From a virus (taxonomy: Duplodnaviria; Caudoviricetes), in IMG/VR virus record IMGVR_UViG_3300001726_000074, positions 1 to 38,623 of that record: a stretch of 38,623 nt of DNA; one strand, 5' to 3'. The position numbers were made by a program, and so were the translations under genes. The notes beneath the pieces were generated by a model. That model saw only the letters and a list, made by a program, of their open reading frames with translations. It did not search any database and was not told the DNA's origin. Of this stretch, positions 8,904 to 18,906 are shown piece by piece (position 1 is the first letter of the stretch; each line of letters starts with the position of its first letter).

Positions 8904-9868
8904 CAGAAATACCCTCCTGCCAAAGCGCCACCCGCAAGGCCAGCCAAGCCACCAAATGCCGCATTCTGGCTCTGTTTCTGCTGGTTATAGGCGTTCTGCT
9001 GTGATGCCTGCGACAACCCATAGGCACCGCCAACATCCGGCGCACCAACATTGACCTGACCGCCGTTCTGAGCCTGTGGCATGCCGATAGCCTGCTGACC
9101 CTGCAAGAGCGCCGCGAGTTCGTTTAGTCCTTGCGTGCGAGTCAGTAGTTGGTCATTGATCTGCTGTGACCGCCCTTGATTGGCGAAGTTTGCCGCGTTG
9201 TACTGTTCCGAAAGACCCTGTTGGCGACCAGTAAGGGAATCCGCCAAAAGAGAAGACCGCAACGCTGCCCCCTGAGTAATCGCGTTCGTCTCTGCTCCCT
9301 GGTAAGCATCGTTCCGACCGTAGCTGAAATCCTTCATGGCGGCAGAATAGGCGTCCGACCCCTCTGTTACACCCTGATTGGCTAGACGGGCGCGCAAGGC
9401 GTCCTCACCACGCCCAAACTGATCATTCAGGCGCGTTGCGCTGCGATTGTAGATATTGCTTTCGGCGCCCTTGGCATACGCATCAAGGCTGGACTGATCC
9501 GGCATCGCCATCAGGCCACTTGTATCGATGGAGGACTGGTACGGATCTACACCATCCAAGGTAAATGCCGAATTATCCAGGTTATTCAACCGGGATTGCG
9601 CCGCACTGTTAACACCCTGACCAATATTGATTTGCTGGTCCAAAAGGGTCTGCATTCCCGGCGAAAGCGTTTGTTGACTTTGCCAGCGGTCGTTGCCCAG
9701 GTCCTGAAACGTGACAGACCCAAACGGCGTGTAAGTGTCGGAACGGTTCAAATTAGCATTAAGCCGCGCCGTGTCCGCATTTGCCGATGTCTGCGCCGAT
9801 ATCACCGCATTGGGATTCGGGGACGCGGGCGCGCTGGGGCTTGAGAAGATGTCGCTGATGAAGCTCAT
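8903..9868 (-). CDS. Pilot / DNA ejection protein
   Basis: Gln/Asn/Ala-rich with a C-terminal GGLAGLAGGALAGG tail; ATGA overlap with the upstream gene at MSFISD. Confidence 0.7.
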   Translation of the reverse strand: MSFISDIFSSPSAPASPNPNAVISAQTSANADTARLNANLNRSDTYTPFGSVTFQDLGNDRWQSQQTLSPGMQTLLDQQINIGQGVNSAAQSRLNNLDNSAFTLDGVDPYQSSIDTSGLMAMPDQSSLDAYAKGAESNIYNRSATRLNDQFGRGEDALRARLANQGVTEGSDAYSAAMKDFSYGRNDAYQGAETNAITQGAALRSSLLADSLTGRQQGLSEQYNAANFANQGRSQQINDQLLTRTQGLNELAALLQGQQAIGMPQAQNGGQVNVGAPDVGGAYGLSQASQQNAYNQQKQSQNAAFGGLAGLAGGALAGGYF

Positions 9869-10194
9869 AGCGGTTTCCTTAAAATGACTGCGACCTTCTG
9901 ATATCCCGGCAAGGCTCGTCGCCAATCCCTACCGACAATCTCTAATTGCTCAAAACCCTGCATGCGAGCGAACGCCTCTATCTGCCGTTCGATCTGCTGG
10001 CATTCACTCAGTTCGCCACCGGCTAGGCCGATGCGAAGCTTTTTCCCTTTGAGAAAGGCAACAGCCGCTGATTTCCCGTATGTAAACAGGCAGGCCGCGC
10101 CACTTTGAATTTGTAATTCAATCCACGAACGTCCTAGCCCCTCATCTGCACTTTCCAGACAGGGATCAAGGACGCTCCATTCATCATCTGTCAT
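9865..10194 (-). CDS. GNAT-like small virion-assembly protein
   Basis: LAGG...IEAFARMQGFEQLEIVGRDWRRAL pattern; typical position between nozzle and ejection genes. Confidence 0.55.
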   Translation of the reverse strand: MTDDEWSVLDPCLESADEGLGRSWIELQIQSGAACLFTYGKSAAVAFLKGKKLRIGLAGGELSECQQIERQIEAFARMQGFEQLEIVGRDWRRALPGYQKVAVILRKPL

Positions 10195-11738
10195 AAGCCG
10201 GAGACGATCTTCCAACGCACATCGGTGCCTCGCCAAATAACACTCTGTGCTTGTGTTTGGGTTCTTAGCCTAAAAGCGATATTATATCCGTGCCGTCCAA
10301 CTACTCGCCATTGTTGCACGGGCCCCTGATCTGATGCCCACTCTGCGTCATCCCACTCTGCATCATCCCACGTTGACCCGACTGCCGTGACCGTTGACGG
10401 CGTGTAAGTTGTAGGGTTGTTTGAGAAATCTGTATCAAACCCAAAAGAAACAGGCAGATCGCCATCGGAAGAAATAACCGGGCGCGCGGTCACAAAGTTT
10501 TTCTGAACGCCACGAGTTCCAAAATATTGAAATGCGGTCTTCCCATCAGCATCAATAGTACCGCCATCATCATCAAGGCCATCATCAGCGAGATAAACCG
10601 TGCCTTCACCACCGAAGTAAAGCCGCCCATTATGAACGGTCCAGGAATACCCATTTTGTCCAGTAAAGCGACACCATGCCCCGGTATTGAGGTTCACAAC
10701 ATGTTGCTCAAAATCGCCGGCTGTGGATGTCGGAACATTGATAAAACCATAGCCACCAGCGGAATAAATCATCCCCTGCCAGCCGAAAGTGTCCATAAAC
10801 TGGCGTGCGCGGGACTTTACAGCCCCGGAAATCTTGTCGTTGACCGCAGCATTCGGCGCAGACCCCGCCGCCGGGAGATACCGGGACAGTGGGATATACC
10901 CCATTTCCGACACCATCACCAAATCGGCACCGACCTTGAACAAGCACCGTTTCCCTATAGGACGCGCGCCCTCAAACACCCCGACCAATTCCCACGTTGA
11001 CGCGGAGCCAGGATCAATACCGGCGTAAATAGCCACCTCACCATTCGATGTTACAAAGACGCATAAATCGTCCTGGCCTGATCCGCCGTCCTTCGTCCAT
11101 GACCCAATGGCGACAATCTCACCACCCTTTTTGAAAAGCGCCTTGAGCGGAAACACGCTAACTGTTCCGGCAATAGCATTAACGCCAAGATAACCGAAAT
11201 TCAGGCTGTCATTGAACGTAAAAAACAGGCGCGTCTTGTGCAAAGCGACGTTCGATATCGTCGATGCTGTCACACCACTGAGCGTGGGTGTGGCCCAGGA
11301 CGAACCGTCAAAGTGTCGAGGCGCATCAGCCCCATTCACGATGAACATGTAATGCCCACCGCTGGTACCGATATTCACGCTTTCAAACCGGGCATTCGAC
11401 AGTGACGACACCGCAGCAGACCCGACCGCTCCCGTACTTGTCACATCGTAGATATCCGTGCCAGCCGCCGCAAAAAGCTTCTTTGTTGCCTGCGAGTCGT
11501 AGGACATAACGCTTTCGACCGCGCTTCCAAGCCCGGTGGCTTGAGACGAAAAACCCCTTCGCAATTCGACACTCGTTTCATTTGGAAACCAGTTATCTAG
11601 AACAATCGCATCGGTCGGCTGCATAAGGTCTTCGGCGTCACGCCTATTCCATCCGCCAATAGGCGCAGGGATGGTTGTTGGCGTCACTTGGGGGCCGCGC
11701 ACGCCCTGAGATGGAGCGGGGGACCTCATGGGTTCCAA
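10191..11738 (-). CDS. Tail tubular protein B / nozzle (P22 gp10- or T7 gp12-like)
   Basis: 515 aa, beta-rich, PAPIGGWN N-terminal motif; synteny. Confidence 0.75.
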   Translation of the reverse strand: MEPMRSPAPSQGVRGPQVTPTTIPAPIGGWNRRDAEDLMQPTDAIVLDNWFPNETSVELRRGFSSQATGLGSAVESVMSYDSQATKKLFAAAGTDIYDVTSTGAVGSAAVSSLSNARFESVNIGTSGGHYMFIVNGADAPRHFDGSSWATPTLSGVTASTISNVALHKTRLFFTFNDSLNFGYLGVNAIAGTVSVFPLKALFKKGGEIVAIGSWTKDGGSGQDDLCVFVTSNGEVAIYAGIDPGSASTWELVGVFEGARPIGKRCLFKVGADLVMVSEMGYIPLSRYLPAAGSAPNAAVNDKISGAVKSRARQFMDTFGWQGMIYSAGGYGFINVPTSTAGDFEQHVVNLNTGAWCRFTGQNGYSWTVHNGRLYFGGEGTVYLADDGLDDDGGTIDADGKTAFQYFGTRGVQKNFVTARPVISSDGDLPVSFGFDTDFSNNPTTYTPSTVTAVGSTWDDAEWDDAEWASDQGPVQQWRVVGRHGYNIAFRLRTQTQAQSVIWRGTDVRWKIVSGL

Positions 11739-12457
11739 TTCCCCTCAGGAACGAAGACGCCGGGACGATTGGATGAAGACGAGCGCCCAAGATCTAAGGT
11801 GCGCGCCGATCCTGACCGAGAGATGGCATTTGCCACTTCCTGCTCGTAAGTCTGAAAATCCTCAGCATACCCCTCTCCTATGGACTTTTTGAACCGCCAA
11901 ACGACACCCAGAATCATTAACTCTGGGTCTAAAACGGTCGTGTTCGTGTCCGCCTGCCAGGAGTCCGCCTCCCCAACCCCATCCCCATCGGTGTCCACCC
12001 AATATTTAGACACATACTCAAAGGCGACGGTATTCCCCGCTGTGGGATCTGGATACGAAAGGATGCTATCCCCCCGGATGCGGAACGACCAATACGGCCC
12101 CGATGTTGTAGAGGATTTCAGGGTTTGAAACTCTTGTGGCGTCAAGGGCCCATATATCCGGATATTCTCTGTCCGGTCCCAAATCGTATTAGGGATAATG
12201 AAATTGAGGTCGGAGTAATCCGCCGAGCCCGACCCCAAGGACGAATAGGCGCCCTGGTTCTCTTGTGCCACAGTGACAAACGTCGCCTCCTTCGTTAGCT
12301 CTTGCCAACTTGTGCGCTTTGCCAAGGCCCGCCCCTCACGATTTGCAATTGCTAGTAGACGGATGCTCGTCTCATCGGTCGTTCCAACAATAGAAGCAGG
12401 TTGAGGGAATCCAACATCCCCCGCAACCGCTTGGCAAATCTCAAGAAGGGTCGTCAT
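11726..12457 (-). CDS. Tail tubular protein A / head-tail adaptor
   Basis: MTTLLEICQAVA N-terminus and LDPELMILGVVWRFK motif; precedes the nozzle. Confidence 0.7.
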   Translation of the reverse strand: MTTLLEICQAVAGDVGFPQPASIVGTTDETSIRLLAIANREGRALAKRTSWQELTKEATFVTVAQENQGAYSSLGSGSADYSDLNFIIPNTIWDRTENIRIYGPLTPQEFQTLKSSTTSGPYWSFRIRGDSILSYPDPTAGNTVAFEYVSKYWVDTDGDGVGEADSWQADTNTTVLDPELMILGVVWRFKKSIGEGYAEDFQTYEQEVANAISRSGSARTLDLGRSSSSNRPGVFVPEGNWNP

Positions 12458-13050
12458 TATTCATCGTCCTTCTTCCGCCGAGGGCTTTTCTGAACGCCTT
12501 GCGATGCCTCAAGAGCCGCAATTTTGGCTTTCATCGTTTCAATCGTTTCGTTTTGCTCTTCTGTCCGAACCCTCAGGGCTTGTAGCTCTTCTGCCGATTT
12601 CCCCGTATTGTTGGCGGAATCAAGCCACGCCTGCGCCTTCTGCTTAAGCGCTCTTCCGCCCATGCCGATACGGGCCAGCATGCCTTCGTTGGCTGCCGCC
12701 AAGTCTTCAACGCTCAGACAATTTGCATATTTTAACTGATCAACTTGCGCAGGAGTGATTGAAGGCCAGTCTTGAATGCGCGTTCCGTCTACCGGCGCAT
12801 CATTGCCAGCTTTCCAGGCCTCATAAATTTTTTCATAGTGTTCTGCGTTTTCATCGCCACGCTTGTTCAGGTCAGCCAGCCAAGGCGTGACCTCACGATC
12901 AACCACAAGGTTGCCACCCTGCGGCGTGATGACGGCATAGGCGACATCTTTAAACACTACATGTCCCGCTTCGATTGACTTCTCGCGATCCTCTACCGAC
13001 CGAAGCTCAAACTTCACGTAGCTTGGACGTGCTTTCATTTCCGAAATCAT
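12457..13050 (-). CDS. Hypothetical head-module protein
   Basis: 197 aa, HhH-like SVEDLAA...IGMGG segment and a C-terminal coiled coil; GGAGG RBS. Confidence 0.65.
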   Translation of the reverse strand: MISEMKARPSYVKFELRSVEDREKSIEAGHVVFKDVAYAVITPQGGNLVVDREVTPWLADLNKRGDENAEHYEKIYEAWKAGNDAPVDGTRIQDWPSITPAQVDQLKYANCLSVEDLAAANEGMLARIGMGGRALKQKAQAWLDSANNTGKSAEELQALRVRTEEQNETIETMKAKIAALEASQGVQKSPRRKKDDE

Positions 13051-13059
13051 AACTGCCTC

Positions 13060-13905
13060 CTAAACTGTTAGTATCCCGTTTGCGTGTGCATAGGCCGGGA
13101 TCAAGCCTTCTCCATGGACGACCAACCGAAATGCCGTGCCGTCCCGTTCCTCAATTTCTCCATAGGCTCGCACTTGCGCGACGAGGTCCTTTGCATGCTG
13201 CACCCAATGGTGACAGGTTCGGTAAGTCTCACCGTTCAGCCAAACGGTAAAGTTTTGCCCTGGCTGTTCTGCATGCTGGTATGCATGGGACCTTTCCGAA
13301 TAAGACCCATCGCATCCAAACAAATGGAATTTTCGAAAACCCATGGCCCGCCCGATTTCGAATGACCGCAGCGCGTGAGACGTCCCACCGGCGATCATCA
13401 CCGGTTTGTTTTCAAAACGGTCGATAATCTCGCGCTCGCCTACATCATCGAGGCAATGCCATAAAATGATTTCACGGCCCCTTAGATGCGCGAACCAGTC
13501 AGGGTGCGCCCTGGATGCTATCAAATACCGGATTTCGGGCCGTTCTTGCGTAACCCGACACCACCCGCTGGTGGATGTTTCCCACAAAACGCAGGCCCAG
13601 ACGTTAATCCCATGATCCAGCAAATAAGGGGCCGCATCGTTCATCGCGACAATTCGGTTGTCGATTTTGTCAAGCGCTCGGATCTGTTCAAGGCGATTTG
13701 CGATTGAGGGACCGCCCCCCACAATGACAAACGACCCGTCGTTTTCCGGCTCAACTCCCAGAAATGAATGCTCCCCCCTTGACACTCGCCTGCAGTTAAT
13801 CTCAACAGAAGCCAGCATCTCGGTAATCTGCGACGTATCCTGCCGCGTGATAATCTCTGTCTGAACGAATCCGGGGGGCACTTGGCCCCCCTTTTCCGTA
13901 CGCAT
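13060..13905 (-). CDS. DUF115 / Maf / MptE-like (glycosyltransferase-related) protein
   Basis: IVGGGPS, VAMNDA, GGTS and MGFRKFHLFGCDGSY motifs. Confidence 0.7.
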   Translation of the reverse strand: MRTEKGGQVPPGFVQTEIITRQDTSQITEMLASVEINCRRVSRGEHSFLGVEPENDGSFVIVGGGPSIANRLEQIRALDKIDNRIVAMNDAAPYLLDHGINVWACVLWETSTSGWCRVTQERPEIRYLIASRAHPDWFAHLRGREIILWHCLDDVGEREIIDRFENKPVMIAGGTSHALRSFEIGRAMGFRKFHLFGCDGSYSERSHAYQHAEQPGQNFTVWLNGETYRTCHHWVQHAKDLVAQVRAYGEIEERDGTAFRLVVHGEGLIPAYAHANGILTV

Positions 13906-14360
13906 CAGAAACCCGCCGACCGTGGGAAGGTCAACAAAACCTCCACATTGGCAACAGATGTCGTTGTGTTGGCTGCAACAGCGACAACACCTTCGATTTT
14001 GGTTTGTGACGTGGTCTCGTCATCCAAAATACCACCCGTACCCGTGGTGTAGAGAGCAACATCAGCCGCGCATGAGGCAGCAACACGAGCCGTCACATTT
14101 GCACCCTGAGTCAACACCCACCCATAATCATCGTTGGCAAAAGCAACCTGAGCGAATCCGACCATATGGCCATCATCTGCTGCGCCTTTTGTGCCAGCGA
14201 GGGCAGCGTAGTTTTCATCAATGGAGACCCAATCATACTGAGTGATTGCGCCACCGGCCTGGACGTAGACGAACGAACGCCCGTCTTCATCCTTAAAACA
14301 GTCACCCAAACCGAATTTTGCATCAGTCGTGGTGCCGTCGAGATATGCTCCAATAGTCAT
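13905..14360 (-). CDS. Capsid decoration / cement protein
   Basis: 151 aa directly after the MCP; DGRSFVYVQAG and YGWV motifs. Confidence 0.65.
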   Translation of the reverse strand: MTIGAYLDGTTTDAKFGLGDCFKDEDGRSFVYVQAGGAITQYDWVSIDENYAALAGTKGAADDGHMVGFAQVAFANDDYGWVLTQGANVTARVAASCAADVALYTTGTGGILDDETTSQTKIEGVVAVAANTTTSVANVEVLLTFPRSAGF

Positions 14361-14374
14361 TTTCTGAGCCCTCC

Positions 14375-15340
14375 TTAGGCCTTTACGACGCCTTGCAGCG
14401 AACGGTTAGAGACGGTCATATTGCCCTGCCAGATAATCGGCATAACAACGGCGTCCTGATTGATGGCGCGCATCTCCGGCACTTCCGTAAGGTTTGCATC
14501 CTTATGAACAGCGAGCTTGAGATAGTCCGTGTTCAGGAAGTACATATGCGCGTCTGGGCAGCCGTCGTCATAGATCACGTCGGCGTTTTTGTATTTCAGG
14601 CTCGTGAACCCGCCCTGGCCTTCATCGGAAGACGTGTAACGCTTCAAATCGGTCAGGGATTCTTCGTAGAACGTGAAATACGTATCATCGGCAATAAGCA
14701 GGTCCGGCTTGTCGGAACCCCGCGTCAGTTGCAGCCACAAGGGCAGCATTAGACTTTGGATCGTCGAACTCGACGGCGTGATGGCGCCGCCACCTTGGAT
14801 CGGAGCTGCAGCGGACTGCAGTCCAGATTGCCAGAAAGCATAGGTAGAGGAATTGATCCCCCCGACGGTCCCGGTTCCTGCATCAGAAACCAAAGCCTGC
14901 AAGCCGTTGATCTGGTTTGCAGCGGTCCCGTCTGAATAAATGTCCGTAGACATGTTATTCTTAAAGGTCCGCATCGCATTGGTCATGCGGGCTTTCGCCA
15001 ACTTGATGATCTGGTTCTTGCCGCTGTTGTTGCGGAGTTCCAGGCCGTTTGCCGTGACATGCACCGCCGCTTGCTTCCAATCGAACTTCGCAGCCGAGAG
15101 GACGTCAGAGGCTTGGACATTCAGGGTGTCATACCCGGAATAACGCTGGTAAGTGCTGTTTTCTGCATAATCCAGGGGCTCAACAATTTCATAACCCCCA
15201 TCCAGCACATCAATATTGCCGCGTTTCGTAAGACGCTGATACAAGGCATTGTGATTGCTGATATTGTCGGCAAACTTCTTCTTATGTTCGCGGAGGGTCG
15301 TCGAGACCATCTCCGTAAAGGTTGCGTTCGGGGACGCCAT
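14375..15340 (-). CDS. Major capsid protein
   Basis: 321 aa after the scaffold; DNISNHNAL, YFLNTDYL and GNMTVSNRSLQGV motifs; AGGAG RBS. Confidence 0.88.
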   Translation of the reverse strand: MASPNATFTEMVSTTLREHKKKFADNISNHNALYQRLTKRGNIDVLDGGYEIVEPLDYAENSTYQRYSGYDTLNVQASDVLSAAKFDWKQAAVHVTANGLELRNNSGKNQIIKLAKARMTNAMRTFKNNMSTDIYSDGTAANQINGLQALVSDAGTGTVGGINSSTYAFWQSGLQSAAAPIQGGGAITPSSSTIQSLMLPLWLQLTRGSDKPDLLIADDTYFTFYEESLTDLKRYTSSDEGQGGFTSLKYKNADVIYDDGCPDAHMYFLNTDYLKLAVHKDANLTEVPEMRAINQDAVVMPIIWQGNMTVSNRSLQGVVKA

Positions 15341-15367
15341 AGCCTTTCTCCTTTAGAGAGTGAGGCC

Positions 15368-16393
15368 CTACCCGTTCATTTTGTCGAATACTTCGCTGAG
15401 CGTGTCATCAATCGTGGCGGGCTTGGCGCGCATGTCGCCCCCGGCCTTTCCACGTACATTCACAGCATTCGCCTGTCGCGCCTTTTCCACCGTCTTGGAG
15501 TTTGCCTCCTTTCGTGTGGCTTCCTGCGCTGCCAGCATCTTCTCCCGTGTTGCTGGATTCGCCCAAACAGCCTGATCATAGGCGGCCTGGAGAATATCCC
15601 TCGGGGATTTTTCTGGGTTGCGTTGGCGAATTGCGCTCACAAGCGGGGCCAAATCATCCTGCAGGTCCGACCAGTGCGGACGGAGCGCTTGGCCCGTCGC
15701 GTCTTTTTCGGAGGCAAATGATTCAATCTCGCCAATGGTTCGATCTTGCGATTCCTTAATGCGGTCCCGTTCGATCTGCTGCTGTAAAGTTTGAAGATTC
15801 TGCTCCAGCATCCGCACACGATCCGATGACGGGTCGGGCTGCTGATCGGTTAAACCTGCTTCGGAGAGGTCAACCCCGGCACGCTTCGCAAGGTAAGCAA
15901 TGGCCTCACGCGGCTTAGTCTGCAACATGCGATCAGCTTCAATGAGTGTCCCGATATACTGGGCATCACTGACTCCGGCGCGCTGCAAATTCTGCCGCAA
16001 AGGGTTGATTACCTGGTTAAGGGCCTGGATAGACTTGCGCTCTTCTGCAAGCTCCATTGTCTTCTGAGTAACTGCCTTTTCGCTTTCCTTTTCGCGGGCC
16101 AAGATCATCTCTTGAGCGTCTCGGGGCAGTGCGGAAAACTTGGCCTTGAACTCTTCCGACCAGCGAGGATGCGGCTCTACCTGGGCCTCTTCGGCGGGCT
16201 TCGTCTCTTCCGTCGCGGTCTCTTCTTCGGGAGTTTTCCCTTCATCCGTCTCGGCGGGATATTCATCCAGGGCCGGTTCGGGTGTCTCTTGTGCTGAGTC
16301 CTCATTAAGCTTATCGAATGCTGCGCCCATCGTATCCTCGATAGACACAGAAACTTCCTCATCGCCACCTGCGATGTTCATATCATCAGACAT
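15368..16393 (-). CDS. Scaffolding protein
   Basis: Acidic N-terminus, coiled coil, AYDQAVWANP motif; between portal and MCP. Confidence 0.75.
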   Translation of the reverse strand: MSDDMNIAGGDEEVSVSIEDTMGAAFDKLNEDSAQETPEPALDEYPAETDEGKTPEEETATEETKPAEEAQVEPHPRWSEEFKAKFSALPRDAQEMILAREKESEKAVTQKTMELAEERKSIQALNQVINPLRQNLQRAGVSDAQYIGTLIEADRMLQTKPREAIAYLAKRAGVDLSEAGLTDQQPDPSSDRVRMLEQNLQTLQQQIERDRIKESQDRTIGEIESFASEKDATGQALRPHWSDLQDDLAPLVSAIRQRNPEKSPRDILQAAYDQAVWANPATREKMLAAQEATRKEANSKTVEKARQANAVNVRGKAGGDMRAKPATIDDTLSEVFDKMNG

Positions 16394-16402
16394 TTTGCCT
16401 CA

Positions 16403-16684
16403 CTATTTCAGGATTTCGCGAAGTCCCGCTTCGAAGCTCTCTTCTTGCCTCTTGGCGGCTGTCCGGGTCTCTCCCGGCTCCAGTAGACGGCAACCCTGCC
16501 GCTTTAGGTTCTCTCTATGGGCTGTGCGCCCTTCAATCATGGTGCCGGTAACGGGGCAATCATACGCTTGGTAATCCGACGCGATTCGAGGGGCGGCGAA
16601 GGCAGCCCTTTTTGATGGATGCTGCGGAGGGCACGCCCCCGGCTCCACCAACTTTTCACCGTCCCAAATCCATCGCTTGCCCAT
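16403..16684 (-). CDS. Small hypothetical head-module protein
   Basis: 93 aa, YDCPVTGTMIEGRTAHRENLKRQGC motif; GAGG RBS. Confidence 0.65.
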   Translation of the reverse strand: MGKRWIWDGEKLVEPGACPPQHPSKRAAFAAPRIASDYQAYDCPVTGTMIEGRTAHRENLKRQGCRLLEPGETRTAAKRQEESFEAGLREILK

Positions 16685-16752
16685 TTTTCACCTCATATAG
16701 ACGCAGCGCTGCAAGCCGTGGCGAGGCGACCTCGACGAGCGCTGCTACCCTC

Positions 16753-18906
16753 TTACGAGGGGTCCTTGTTGTTGGACTCTGCCATTTCGTGCTGTGCATG
16801 AACCTTCGCCGCCAACATCTCCATCTCAGCCTGATGTTTTTGCGCGGCAGCCATCATATCCATTTTCATTTTCTCGATGTCCGCCTGCAGCTTTTGCACG
16901 TCAAACTGATGCTCTTGCTGCTTGAACTGCGCATCTTGCGCGGCTCCCTGCATCCCCAATTCAGTTTTCTTAATGTCCGCCTGAGCTTTGGCTTGTGTTG
17001 CTTGAGCCTTCACTTGCTCCGTCTGGGCCTTTAGCTGTTCCGTCGGGTCTGGCTGTCCCTGCGCTTGCTGTTTTTTGCCCATCGCGGCAATAGCCTTATC
17101 CATCGACTCCTCAATAGAAGACTCCAAAGCCCTCCCGTCTTTGAATCCGCGGATGGTAAAGAGCAACGTTTCTTTGATAAGTGGCGCTAACTCCGGCGCC
17201 GCAGAGACAATCTGCAAACCCCCAGCGAGGGATTGCGTGATGGCACTCACAAGCTCAATGCGGGCCTCTTTGTCCGCCTGCTCATCTGCCTCGATGGTGG
17301 AGTCCGTCTCGATATCGACGCGGTACCCACGCAACACATCGGATTTAAGGACCTTCGAGATTTTCTCCCATGATGGACCGCTCAAAACCTTCTGAGATTC
17401 CTGTTTTGCCTGCTGAATGACCTGCTGTGCGGCTTGCTGTGCCTTTTGGGGGTCCTGCCCCTGCGCCATCTGCTGAGCTTGCACCATCGCCTGTTGCTGT
17501 ATCTGCTGCGCCTGCGCCTGTAGCTCGGCCTCCATAGGCACTTGAACGCCCGTCATCCTCTTGAGGGTGTCGACCTGGAAACGTTCGGCGATAATCTCCA
17601 CAGCAATACGAATTAAGTCTCTGGCATAGCGCTGTACGTCGCGCTGTGCCTTCTGCATGCGGATCGACCCCCACTGTGCCTTGATCCCTTGCGCAGTGGC
17701 GGTCTCTCCAGCGTCACTCGCCCCCCTCAGAATGTCTGATATGCCGGAAATCTCGTAAATCGTCTGTTTGACCGCATCACGCGCAACATAAAGCTCTCTC
17801 AGGACCGTGATCATCTTCTCAAGCGGTAGAATCCATATGGCGTTCTCAATGCCTCCCCCAGCAAGGAACTGCGTCACATCTTCCGCCGGGACGAACTCGC
17901 CGTCTTCTAGGTTCTCAGTATTCCAAAGCTCTGCAATGCGAGAATCCGCGATGCCTCGGAATTTTAGCACCTCAATCAGCTTGGCAATCCGCTGTGTCAG
18001 GCGGTCCAATTCTTCGGCTTGGTCCCGATACATACGGAACTCTTCCACCGGGACCAAGCTACGCGAATCCTCAATCGCATAGAGAGGCTTTGGAATGGGA
18101 AAGAACCCCTTCAATCCCAGCGGGTCGCTGATTTCCTTTAATGGCTCAGATTCATGCTTGAGCGCGATGAAGAGTACCTTTTTTTCTTCTTTATCCCAAA
18201 TCTCCCACACCTCTACACGCTTGAACGTGTCGCTATCGGGCCCGCTGTCGTCCTCACCCTCAGGGTGCGCGTCGGCCTCTACGTCCCGGAAGCCCTCGCC
18301 AAACTCTTTCACGCCGCCATCAATCGTCATCCAGTGTCGGAATGCCACCCACGGCACATCCTCCCAACGACGCGCTGGCCCTCGCCGGAAATCTTCCCAA
18401 GGCCAAGGCTCATAGGTGATTGCCTCATCCAGCAATTCTCCGTCTTGCCCCTCGCCACCCTCAGAGATCGACGGAACATACCGAACGCGCGTGACCGCCC
18501 GCCCTGGCAAACAGCGATCAAACACAGCGGCGAACATCGCTTGGTCAAATACACCATCGTCAAGCGTGAATTCGACCGAGCGCTCCAATACCTCCGATGC
18601 GACCTTGCCCACCGGGTCATTATCCCGATAACGGCGGCGAATATCAGGCGCTGGCGTCTTGCCATACAGCGCAGGAATCATTGTAGAGGTGTTAGAATAC
18701 AGCACATTGAATTTAGGCGTGCCATCCGTTCTGGTCTTGTTGTTCTTCTCGTCTCGATATCGATCCAGGGTGTCTTTGCCGCGCTTACGCCAGTCCTTTT
18801 CCACCTTATCCGATAACTCTAACTCAAGCTTCCATCGATGAACAACACCAGACGCACCTTTCCCGGCGTCTTCCTTTGTCTCAAGTGCGCCGGTTTCTTC
18901 GGTCAT
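16753..18906 (-). CDS. Portal protein
   Basis: 717 aa after TerL; YEISGISDILRG...ETATAQ motif; Gln-rich C-terminal barrel. Confidence 0.88.
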   Translation of the reverse strand: MTEETGALETKEDAGKGASGVVHRWKLELELSDKVEKDWRKRGKDTLDRYRDEKNNKTRTDGTPKFNVLYSNTSTMIPALYGKTPAPDIRRRYRDNDPVGKVASEVLERSVEFTLDDGVFDQAMFAAVFDRCLPGRAVTRVRYVPSISEGGEGQDGELLDEAITYEPWPWEDFRRGPARRWEDVPWVAFRHWMTIDGGVKEFGEGFRDVEADAHPEGEDDSGPDSDTFKRVEVWEIWDKEEKKVLFIALKHESEPLKEISDPLGLKGFFPIPKPLYAIEDSRSLVPVEEFRMYRDQAEELDRLTQRIAKLIEVLKFRGIADSRIAELWNTENLEDGEFVPAEDVTQFLAGGGIENAIWILPLEKMITVLRELYVARDAVKQTIYEISGISDILRGASDAGETATAQGIKAQWGSIRMQKAQRDVQRYARDLIRIAVEIIAERFQVDTLKRMTGVQVPMEAELQAQAQQIQQQAMVQAQQMAQGQDPQKAQQAAQQVIQQAKQESQKVLSGPSWEKISKVLKSDVLRGYRVDIETDSTIEADEQADKEARIELVSAITQSLAGGLQIVSAAPELAPLIKETLLFTIRGFKDGRALESSIEESMDKAIAAMGKKQQAQGQPDPTEQLKAQTEQVKAQATQAKAQADIKKTELGMQGAAQDAQFKQQEHQFDVQKLQADIEKMKMDMMAAAQKHQAEMEMLAAKVHAQHEMAESNNKDPS

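Noticed and set aside
10338-10371. 15-bp tandem repeat
   Set aside because: Explained by the WDDAE-WDDAE-W peptide repeat of the nozzle protein.
10671-10688. Guide 2 in swapped order (AATACTGGAGCTTGGGAG) encodes NTGAW, as does the phage's own nozzle gene
   Set aside because: 12/18 nt identity, and it needs the non-canonical spacer order; worth rechecking only if related phages show a perfect match.
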